A stretch of 64,000 nt of DNA, taken from Orbicella franksi (lineage: Eukaryota). The translations under genes were made by a program, and so were the position numbers. Every line of letters starts with the position of its first letter. The first letter of the stretch is position 1. Below are positions 11,901 to 23,900 of this stretch, piece after piece. The notes beneath the pieces were generated by a model. The model was not told the origin of the DNA. It did not search any database and was given only the letters and a program-made list of their open reading frames with translations. Location of the stretch: NCBI GenBank assembly GCA_964199315.1, contig OZ116705.1, positions 5,332,001 to 5,396,000 of the forward strand, given 5' to 3'.

Positions 11901-14900
11901 ATGTATGCGAATAAAATCACCGAAATATTGAATTGTTTTTGTTTGTAGTTGAAGCTGTTTTATGACGAAGATGCTTCCAATCTAAATGTGACAGTTGTTG
12001 GAGCTGAAAGCTTGGCACCCAAGGAGACCACAACACCACCCAATCCTTACGTCAGGATTTACTTTCTCCCCGACAAAAGGTACGCTTTCTTTTTTTGCTG
12101 TTTTTTTTTTTTTTTTTAAATGACCAAAATCAATCTTGCTTTCCCTTACTGAGCACCAGTCGCATGTTTTCCCGCGCTTGATACCAGATTGTTGATGTCC
12201 CGCGCTTGGTGCCGGTTGCCTGTTTTCCTGCGCTTGGCGCCGGTTACTTGTTTTCCCGCGTTTAATCTGCTGTCCCCCGCTTGATACTTTTCACGTACTT
12301 TTTCTTGGACCTAGGATTGGTTCATTGTAATTTCTGTTTATTGTGATTGGCCAGAGGAGATTACTGTGATTATGGTTGTAGTTTAAAGGTTTTAGGAAAC
12401 TGAAAAGGTAGTGAAACTTTTTGTTCAAATCATGGGCCAGTGTTTGTGTTCTCTACTGGTCAGTGACAAGTTTTAACTCACGGTGTTTTTTTCAGCATGC
12501 AGAGCAAGAGACGAACAAAAACGGCCATGAAGTCTACCAATCCTAAATGGAATCAGACGTTTGTGTATCCGTGTAGGCCACAAAAGGCAAGAGGCTTCGT
12601 TCTTTGGCTTTAGTTGCGCTTTGTACTAACTAATAATTATTTACTTGTAAGTTACTTACAGTGTGATTGTGATTGTTATAGCTTACAAAACCACATTATA
12701 TTTTACAGTTTAGTAATCGTGCTCTGGAAGTCACTGTTTGGGATTACGACAAAGTCGGGTCAAGTGAGTTTATTGGCGAGGTAAGGAACATGTTTTCGTT
12801 TTCTTTGTTTTTGTTTTTCGAAGCGGGAAAGCAAAACACCGCTAGCAAACAAATAAACAAACATAAAATATGACAATTTTTTTTTGGCTATTCTTGTTCC
12901 TGAATAGCTTTGCTATCTGAACATAGTTAATAGAGGGGAATGGTTATGAAACCCGACAAGTTCTTTGTTGTATGTTTTTGTTCTCCTTTTTGGCCTTGAC
13001 CGTGCACAAAACACAATAGTAATAAATTCCCACTGGGAGCCCTCACTCCCAAACACCCCAGGCAAGGATAAGATATGGGAAGAAGCGAGCCCGGAGGCGA
13101 AAAGGAGCGGGAGCTAACTAGGATGGCAACAATGGTCATCGCTGCGGGGAGGAGGGAGGGACGCCAAGCTAACGACTGGCAAACGTTTAACGAAAAGAGA
13201 ATTAAATAGGCCAAAACAGGCCTATTTATACAAAACCTGTGTGAAACAGAACACCCAGGAGACTACGAGCGCGCGGGGATTTTTATCCTTGAATCCCGGA
13301 GAGATTTGGGGCGTTTGTAGGAGACGGCCCCAGTGAGAATAGTTGTTTACTTCTGAATGAGGAACTGACCAATAGAAACATTTTGGTTACGTAATTCATG
13401 CATAGTGTAACACTAAGCGGACTGGGCCATCCTTTGAAACTACTAAGTTTTTGACCTTGTCGGTTTGTTAATCTCGACCCAGGTTGTACTGCACATGGCC
13501 GAGGCGAACCTCGACGGTAACGGGTACTGGTACCCACTCAAGCACCACGATGACGACAATGATCCTCTTGTGCCGCCAACTCCTAACCAGTCTCCTCACA
13601 ATTCCTTCAGATTTAAGGGACCGAGAGGACCTGGTGAACCAGCCACCGAGCAAGGTATGACTCAAGCAACGCAAGTGAACAGGAATTTACCGTTAAATAA
13701 TTCGGTTATTTTACAGCGAGCATGGAAGGCTATAACAGCTCTTGGGTGATATTTCGGTTGAAGGTTGTTCTGAAAATGTATGTTTTAGTATCTGATGTTT
13801 TCACAGACTGCGAGCAGTCTCTCTTTTCCTCGAGAATAAGTTGGGAAGAACGGAAAAAAGTAAGCGTGCGAGCGTGGCTGTGAGCGTGACGTGTTAGCGG
13901 CGAGTGACATCGCCGCTAGCATGTCACGCTCACAACCACGCTCGGGCGCTAACTTGTTTTGCGTTCTTTCCCACTGTTTTTGAGGAAAAGAGAGACTGCT
14001 CGCAGTCTAATGTTTTCGTGACCTAGCGAAAATCTTCACCGTCATCAGAGTATCTAATATTGTTATGTTTGTTATGTGTATACAAGGCTTCCATTTTAAA
14101 CCAGTTTGACCTTTCTATTATTTGTTCCTCAGTTGGTTTAAACCACTTTGACCTGTCTACTATTTGTTCCTCAGCCGGTTTAAACCAGTTTGACCTGCTA
14201 ATTATTTGTTCCTCAGCCGGTTCCCCTGGTTATGGCAGTGATTACGAGGAAGAGGCTCGATTCACTCCGAATGGACCGGTGACTAGTTCTCAGCCTCCTT
14301 ACAACTCACCCGAGAATGAGCTCTTGAAGCAGCAGTTGATTGATCATCATCGTGACAGCCCCAGACCTCCTTTCACTCAGTCGCAGATGGTACAAGGTAC
14401 GAGAGTAATGTGTCCGCATAGTTACCAGATTGTACACCCGCTCTGTCATACAGTCTTTCAATCTTTATTTCCGTTCCTCAATTTACATTTTTACAGTTAG
14501 ACTAGCCCGCGGATAGCTAATAGTAGTCCAGGCGGGCAAGTCTATGATCTAAATACAAACAATCATGATCTAAATACAAACAACGTACAACACGTAAACT
14601 GCTGTAGACACTGATATGCTTAGAGTCTAAGTCAACGAAGTTTGAGGTCCAGACGAGAGACAAATTTAATTCCTATGTCACGTATAACACTATTTTTATC
14701 ATAATGACTAAAAAGTTTTATCAATTTAAAGTTTTTATCAGTTGTAAAATTTTAAAAGATAACTTGTATTTGAACAAATCTATTCCAAACTGATTCAAAT
14801 CTTAAGTGAAAATGGAATGTTAACTTTATAAACCCTACATTGATGTTTTTAAACTGCCCAAATCTTCATCACGATATATATTTCATTCCACGCATATCAA

Positions 14901-17900
14901 AGTTCATTTTATAATAATCCGCTCTTATCGATTGCAATTTTCAAACCACAACCTAAAATCTTACAAATGTAATTACCAAAATTCAGAAACATTTTACTTA
15001 AATTTTACTTCATCGTTATGAGAATTCTTTTAAACTCTCGCTAAACTCAAGAATGACTTGTTCAACCAAGGCTTTCTGAGTGTTGCTTTTCAAGATGGCG
15101 TCTGGTCGCCTACGGCAACGCTCAAAAGGCTCTGGTGACGAAGTTCTTTCTGCGCATGTTCTAATCCTGCTATAAACTTCACTTGAAGCGTACACTGTCA
15201 AGCAATACCACACGTCACCAACTCATCAGCCCCAGTCTCCTCAGCATGCAGCTTACCCCCATTACGCCGCTGACCCCAACAGAATGCCGCCTCAACAGAC
15301 TAGACCAATGCCTCCTCACCAACATGGAACTGGTCGCTTTCATGACGATCGCATGTCCCCGAGTATGCATGGTTACACATCCCCTGGATCGTATTCCCCT
15401 GGTAGAATGTCCCCTAGCGGAGGCCCCGGGGCTAAAAAGTCCCGGTTATTGCCTCAACTACCTCCAGGACGTGAACCGATGGGTAAGACCACGTGACTGA
15501 CTACTAATAACAACATATATCACCGCATTTTCCACATTTCACTACGTATTTAATTGTACTTTAAAAATAAGCGACTTTAACTAACTTAAACTCAGTCGTG
15601 CGCAGGATTATAGAACCTTTCTTCAAACGTGGCACGTTTTCTTGAGATTTATCGTTCAACACGTGATGGTTTTGCCGATTTTTGACGGTGATGGTTTTGC
15701 CTGATTTGTCTCTATGCCCGAGAGTTTTGTGTTAAAAACGGCTAGGAATTTATGTACGAGTCACTTTTATAACAACGCTTTTACTTTTCGATGACACTCA
15801 ATTCAAAGCCGCGCGTTTTCATAGCTTTGTCATTGGTTGAAAAGATCATGTGACATGCCTTCACCAATCAGAGCAGTGCGCTATTTTTTTCCAGCAAGCG
15901 GGAGCAAATCTGCACTTTCCGTGGCTCGTGATTCTGCCCTATTTCGCACTAAGGAGCGATTCACAGAGGACCTTGGATTTGGAGAACTGAAACTCAGGTT
16001 TTTTTTTGTCTATTTAAATTAAGTGGTATTGGAAGACTAAGAGAATGTGTCACGTTTAAGAATGCTAGCAGCAATTTTAAAAAGGTTCATGGCAAACGAT
16101 GCTAATATTACACTGACAGCTATAGTTTATTAACTATAAATACTGATAAACATGAATTTCGACTCAGAATGGAATGATAACCACCTCTACAACTCTACGA
16201 CTCGCAGCACTGGCTATAGGCTTATAGAACTAAAACGAAGACTGTTTACAGAACATCGGCGATAATCCTTCTGCTGCTCCGTATCTAAACTACAGTAACC
16301 TAAAACCTAAAATTAAACAATCTTAACCACAGACGAAGAAGAACGAGCCCGAGCCGTTAAACAGAAGATAAAGGACATCGATCCTGCAAGAGCTAAACTG
16401 GTGGTCGGCGGCGCTAAAGGGAGGATGGGATATGGCCAGGCCCCAGACTCCGTGTTTACACAAAACGGTGGGATGTATGACCCAAGCATGTCCCCGAGAC
16501 CTGGGCGCCAGTCACCGAGGCCCACGGCAAGAACGGGGAGTCCGTCGCCCTTACCAGGGCCAAAACATTCTCTGGGGATGCCCCCACACCATCAGGGGTT
16601 GCATGCTCCTCAAGGTAACAGCCGATGATATAGAGCTAAATTCTCACAGTTGTCATTTATAGAGGTGTATCTGAATTAGTAAGGAGAATCAATTAGGACT
16701 AAATTAGGGTGACTTAATATTATAACTGTATAAACGGTAAGGTTTTCAGTTAAATGTTTGTGTCGCACGATCTAATCTCTAATCTCTAAAAGGCTCAATA
16801 GAACTGCTACAAAAGGACTTAAAATTAAATTTACAATTAATTAATTTCATAGGCTTTACAAACTACTTTTATTTTCAAGGTAAACAACTGTCCTTTTTCC
16901 ACAAGATACTAATAACTACTTTAAGAATTAGGATAGGTAATCGTATGAATGCGAGTGCAATCAAGGATATGCTAGCTTGCGATATTTGACAATTCTCTTT
17001 CACGAGCCTCAAGTCGAGTGTATTTTGAAAGAATTGTATGTGTAAATCCTTAACTGCTCAAGCTTTCATCGAACTACTTTTTACATGACTGAGAGAATTA
17101 CGAACGCGTCTGAGTTCATTTGCAATGCACTGCAAATTAAAAAATATATATTATTGGTCTGCTTTCAGCCAATCACACTGAAGTAATTTTCTCAATTATG
17201 AGATAAAAATAGTTAATTAAAGATATTACTAAGAATAATAACACCACCTGGTGATGGCAAGCGTAACTGAGGTCTTAAGTTTTCACTCATACTTTATCAC
17301 CGTCATGTTTTCAGTGTTCACTACATGAAGCAAAGTCCTGTTTTCTAATGACACCGCTGAGCGCTGGTCCATAAGTCTAACACTGCTATGTTACTATTGT
17401 AGAGCGCATGTATTCACCTGAAATGACCTCACACGAGCAAGGAGTGCCATATGAAAGCCACAGAAAAACCCGTGAGTTCACTCACATATCACTCAAACAT
17501 TAACAAGCCCGCCTGCTACAGCTGTAATGTCAAAAAATAACTTGATAGCAAATGCAGAGTAATCGTTTCTTAACCTTGATTAATGTAATAAATGACCCAA
17601 ATGACAAGATGATCGCGTTAATAATGACGCTAAAAAAATTAATCGTAAATATTGAAGAAATAATGCATCGGGTTATTCTGAAAAAAAAAAAAAAATTGTT
17701 TGATACGATAACTGAGGGTGCTGCATGCCATCTGAAACTGCATAGAAATTGTTTTTCTCCATTTGAAAAACAACGCAGGAATACTCACTGTCATTTCACT
17801 TGGTTTAAATAGCTGATAAACCATCGAATTGCGCGTCATTTTTCTAAATAGAATATAACTGAAAATTAAAAAGTAATTCTTTAGACAAATTCCTTGATCA

Positions 17901-20900
17901 AGCGAGGCGGCTGCAGAATATCAAAGAAATCTAACGAGCCATCTTGATAACGTTACAATCCACTCTGTAGTCCATTTCCATCCAAGCCATCGATCGTCAT
18001 TCTCACCTGCAAATGGGTTTTTTTCATTTCTCAAGTTCTGCTGTACAAAATGATAGCATTATTTTAAGTTGTCATGTGATTTATATAAGTATTATTTTCT
18101 GCGCTGCATTCTTTGAGATAAGGTCAAACTCGAGTGTACTTTTAAAACGGTTCACTCTCAAATATGTGACTTATATCTCTGTTTAAACATGTTTGCGTTT
18201 GTTGTTGTCTTTTTTTAGAAGACGGACGTATTCGACGCCGCAACAGCTTAAGCAGTTTACCGATGAATGATTCTGAAAGCGAGCGGCCGCGGAGTCCTTT
18301 CCCGATACCGAGTCCAGTCCCTCTCGGCCATGGCAGGAGTCAGAGCAGTTCAAGCTTGCACGAAAGGGACCGTGGACTTCCTAACGGTGAGTTGGCGATG
18401 AGATGCAAATTTCATATTACTGCAATCAACGTGGTTACTGTTTCGTACAAAGTAGAGAATGGGGAGTTCGCTGTCGACGTGAGTTTTCGTGACCTTATCC
18501 GGAGAAGCAGGTCTAAAGGGTGGGAAAAGATGAGACCTCTAGAAGGCGGGAAAACGAAGCTGTTTTAAAGGCGGAAAAATACGTCGCATGTTCTAAAAGG
18601 CGGGAAAACGAACCTTTCGCAAAGGTGGGAAGACATGAACGAACCTTCCGCCAAGGCGCGAAAGCATGTCGCTTGCACTAAAAGGCGAGGAAGCAAACCT
18701 GACTCTAAGGTCGCATGTTGTAAAAGGCGAGAAAACCAACCTGTCGCTAAGACGGGAAAACATGTCGCGTGCGCTGAAAGGCGGGAAAACGAGCCTGTCG
18801 CTAAGGCGGGATAACATGGGACCTGCTCTAAATGGCGGGAAAATGAACCGAATGTTTCGCAAAAACAGAAATTGGAAAGAGACTCTGTTCAGTGAAAGGC
18901 AATCTCTGTCGAAGTTAATTCATGAAGTGATCTCTTAGTTTAAATGTAAACTAAATGGCCTTATTCTGTACAGAAACACTACTCACTGTAAATTCTTTTG
19001 CTTTATTTGCTAACACTAACCGATCTTGCCGAATGGTGAAGGTGAGTTAAATCTTTCATTCTTTGTAACCACTATATTCCGGTCTAATCTCGACTGCAAA
19101 ACATTTCGTTTTTCACTCTTGGAGAATTTAGCGAGTAGCGAAAAATACTGAAGTGAAAAATTGTCGCGTGGATACTGCAGGAAAGGAGGGATAACGTTTG
19201 TAAAGCGTTTTTTCTTCCCGTTGTCCTTCTAGTTTTCGCGGCTCCGAAAGTTTTCTTATCGTATTTTTCGCTTCTTGTTTGACGAACCTTGGGAGAATAA
19301 TGATTGTTTTCGGTCTGGTGTTACTTTAATTCTGTACATCTTTAAAGAATTCTCTTGTAAAGGTACTCCTCTGATTTCCTGCTAACCTTCCTCTTCTTCT
19401 ACATCACTGTTCCACGGGTGGTAAGTAAGTCTTGGGGTCATTTATCTCCTCAGTAGCCGTTCTTTACGTCTTGGCGACTTAAAGGTTAATTAGTGAGTTG
19501 TTCTTTTTTTCTTCGTTCTTCCAACAAACAATTCCAATCAATATTTCCATTGTTGTGGTCTTTGTGTGAGAAGCCCGCTTGACATTCTGTCGGAGAGTCG
19601 GGGCGGGGAGGATGCGCTTAGTAGCTACTGACGTAGTACTTTGGCTTGTGGTTTTCCCATCTTGCTGCTCAATCAGCTGAAACAGGCCATCAGTTGAGTT
19701 CAACCTTTACGTAGCCAACCATGTAGATAACACGGCGAAGACTTTAAGAAACCAGTCTTGCAATGCCGTGGTTTGCTAACTTCCTTTGGACTCGTCACAA
19801 AGTGCTTCTTTGTTGGAAAGGGAAGATTGCGTGACACGCCGAAAAGGACTTCAAAATAGGAAACTCTTGCGTTACTGCATTCGCCTTTCGAGACGTTTAG
19901 CATTCTTTTAAGAGTATTTTACTCACAAATGGGGTAGTTTAAAGCCTTTGCCACTTATTAGATTATTAGAAGGCGTTATATAAATACTTGTATACTGACG
20001 ATTTTGCTCCCCACACCTCTCCTCCACAGGGAAGCTGCTGGCTCGTGACGAGGCTCGTTCCGGCAGTCTTAATAATCTTCATGTCTTCCCTACAGGCGGC
20101 TACATCAAGCCTTCTCGTGGGACTGGTCGCAGCGAGAGCTTTGGAGGCAGTGGACGGAGCAGTCGGTCGTCGTCCATAGCAAGTGACAGGAGCGGCAGCT
20201 TAAACAGCATACCAGGCTCGGTTACTAGTGTCGAGAGCAGGTAAGTACCGATAACTCATACTATCATTCAATGAAACTTTTTCTTTCTTTTCAATGGCTG
20301 AGAGCCCACCATGTGACCTGCAAATAGCTGCCTACAAATGAGGGCCTGCTCATGCGTAGTACCGTCTAAATGTGTTTTGCTGCAAATATTCTGCTCATGC
20401 GTAAATGTAACCACGCTCCTGTGTGAAAAATAGCAGATCGCTTCAGTGAGCTGTCAGAGAGTGATTTAATTATGAAACCGAACTTGGTGTTCGAATGACA
20501 AAACAACTATTGAACTCGGTTATCGCAAAAAATTGTATTTTCTCAGTGTCTCACAGATCACCAATGACAATTCTCACCAATTATCTGATTTCTGTCGTGT
20601 CGAACTCGTGGTGAAGTCCAGGAATGAGTACCAATTTGGTAAATGAGCGTTTGGAAAGCTGCTGTGTAGCAAATTACAGAACCTAGCTCAATACTGTGTG
20701 ATATTAAAGTGGCAGCCGGTCTTTCCTCTTAGGGTCAGATGCAAAGGGGCGGAATAAATGAGAAGTGAGTGCCGCGCCCATGTCTCGTCCCAATCCCCTG
20801 TAGTCTGAAACGTCTTGCCTTCCCCCCCCCCCCCTCCCCTTGCTTGATTTTGAGAGAAAAACGTGTTGCTGGCAGTCCTGAAAAAGTTTTCTTTCTTCGT

Positions 20901-23900
20901 CAAAAATATAACATTCTTTTCCAGAAGTGTCTAGACCCATGGTTTTCGGCGGGTTGTTGCTAATAGCATGAAGTATTGAGATAATGACAAACCGTCATAA
21001 AACGCTGTGAGTGTACTACGCCGCAGGGTATGAAATTTGTGCACTTCTTATTCTACTCTGGAAAAAAAAATTAAAATCAGCATAAGCTTCCGTGTCTTGT
21101 TAAAAACTTGAAAAACACTTTACCACTGAATTATCTAACCAAAGGTGAAAATTATACTTCGTGGAGCATTGAACTCGTTGATCTGAATCGCAGGATTGAT
21201 TGGAATAACAAAATCAATTGCCGAGTGTAAGTGATTTTGAATTAACTATGAATGATTGATGCGAAAACAGAGCACGTAGGCTTTGCTCAGCGGAAATTGA
21301 AAGGAGCTTTTGTTTTAGATGCCATGAACATACGAACCACGAGAAGTTATTTTGCTCTTGTGGCAAATAAGTGTTTTTCTATTGTTGTAAAAGATGCTAT
21401 AGAACCTCAGTAGTCACACAAAACAAGGTAATCAGCCCGCCTTTGTTAGCGAAGGATCTACCTATGATTAAAAAAAAATGCCTGCTTGAAAAATAATCGA
21501 GTTACCACTTCAGTTTCAAAACTTAGTCTCCTAAAGTAAAAAAAACAGCCTAGAAACTGCAGTCTTTATCTCGGAATATTTTAATCTTTTGACCGGATTC
21601 AGTTGTGTTTTAAGTAATTAGCAAACATGTTTTCCGGCGTATTACCAAGTAAAGAGTAATGTAATATTTGTTTATGGTTGCAGGATCCAATTGTACAAAA
21701 AATTTGACTGTTTATGTATTGGTCAAAAACGTAAAACATACAGAAGAGCTAAGTAGTAGTCGGATATTTCGTAAATGGTGTGTCAAATAGAAAAATCAAT
21801 TAAAACTGAGGAATTTTTAATTGCTTCAGTTCTACCACGATGTAACCCCGGAATTGTTTTTATTATTGGACGAAAGTGCTAGATGATACAGTAAAATGTC
21901 TAAAGCCGAGTGAGACTTGTAAAATATACAACCTGCTGTTGGGTAAACTAAATAACAGTAGTAAAATCTAAATTTTAGTGAGAATGTCAAATTTATTCTT
22001 GTCAACTTTAAACGTAAAATTGGCTCTTCGACGGGTTGCGTTGTGAATTTTAAAGTAAATTGGCTTGTAACGAGCTCGTTAAATTCTGTGTGCATAGATT
22101 TTATTGGTGTTTTCTTTAAGCGAAAGATTCCATCGAAAACAAGCTTGTGTGTAGATAATAAGTTGACGGATCGACAAGAAAAGTTCGAAATACCAGCAGG
22201 ACACTGCGATTGCCTTAGTTACTGGGCCCTAAATTGAAATATTCAAATCATTCGTTGCTGCTCTAGTTATGGTTTGTTTTAATAGCCAGCTGTTTTATTT
22301 CTGAACTGATCAATACACCGGCCGGTTGCACCAGGCGCCTGTTCGTAATATTACACTTGAGATCACAGACTTCTCCTGCTTGGAGGGCTAGTTCAACCCG
22401 GCGCTCTTATGTCGAGGATCGAACAAGTTGTCCGGAGTGTAACCACTCACTTGTTCGCTCCTGTCAGGTACGACACCATACTTTATGAGCTTTTTGATAC
22501 ACTTGTCGGGTATTGTACTTGATTTCCCTTTTGAAAATTCACATATCTAAGATCGCTTTGGCCATTTTTAGATTTTGAACAATGTAGAGAATAATTTTTA
22601 AAGTTATTCAGTAGCGAGCATAGATTATACACCTCAGATGAGGCCATGTTTCATTGTTTTCTTTTCTGCGGCTATCGAGGTTAGGATAAGTACGTTTATT
22701 TGCTTGAACACGCATGATGTGCCTTTTGTACAAGATTTAAGTAAACACCACAAAAGTGTCGGAGAATCGTGTTAGCAAGATTAGACGTCCAGCATCTGGG
22801 CAAAGAATGTCACATGCGGAAAATAAATCTTGCATTTAAAGAATCGAAAAAAAAAAAATCTGGCGCTGCCCTAGCTGGTGTGGTTATTATTGTGAGTTTA
22901 TGTGCTTCGCTCTCTTTTGTTTTTGTTTTTGTTTTTTTCACTATTCTAACGGCAGCAGCAACGACAATTTGTCAGTAAGCTACCCTAACAGGACCGACAA
23001 CTGGCACTGATTCAACCCCCAGAATTTTATGATCTCGATAGTAATGTAGCAATGATTGAAGCATTTTTTCCCCGTATGAATAATTAACGCTTTTTTTCGC
23101 GAATAGTCATATGTACATAAATTATTTTTTCTACTGATATGTTTAGAAATTCTCGCCTTCGAATGCATTCAACAACTGAGCTCGTTAACAGCTAGATGGA
23201 CAATTCATTTGTCTAACATGACGTTGTCACCGCACTTGGTTGTTATTGTAACAAAGATGCATTTAACATGAGCTGTATTAGCAAGTGGTCAACACCGCTT
23301 CACATCAGTCGGTCTGTGCGTATTGTGTAAGAATTTCGCACATGAAATGTCGAGTTTCTTTGATGTAGTGGGGCAAGTTGTTAGAGCTAAAAGGAGGTGA
23401 GAAGGAATTCAATAATAACCTCTTTAGCTTTAAATCGGTTACAGTATTTATTTTTGTCATATTCCTTGTCTTAATATTTATAGTGAACGTCACACACGCA
23501 TCGCTAAGGCTACTTTCACGGTTTGTTAAACGTCCGACGAAAAAAAAATCCGGACTCCACTTCACTGATATCAGCCAGAACTAGTTAAGTTGTTTCGGAG
23601 GTTATATCTCGACCAGCGAGCTCAAAATAGCCTTCTCCTTGCTAAAACGTCTTCTATGTTGTTGTGCAGGAAGCTTATGCTCACATGAGGGAATTTGCCG
23701 AGAAACACACGTTAACGACGCCATTTGCGCAGATTAGTTCGTTATTCTTTAGCAGTTTGAGCGGAATGTCGAAAATACGTCCACAGACGTGATACCGAAT
23801 GTTTCATCTCAAGACTTCTTTGAGTTTAAATGCAGTGTTCGTTTATTCATGCCGGACAACAATTCAAGAATTGAAAACGAGTTTTTCTCTCGGGGTACCT

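Noticed and set aside
16319-16332. U12-like branch point TCTTAAC before a RIM acceptor
   Set aside because: Too close to the AG, and the donor (GTAAGA) is plain U2 type.
18541-18870. CRISPR-like repeat/spacer appearance
   Set aside because: Units are degenerate, the spacers are related to each other, there are no cas genes, and the context is a eukaryotic intron.
23670-23790. Additional RIM exon after TGTGCAG
   Set aside because: In the required phase 2 it stops after 6 codons, and there is no matching donor.
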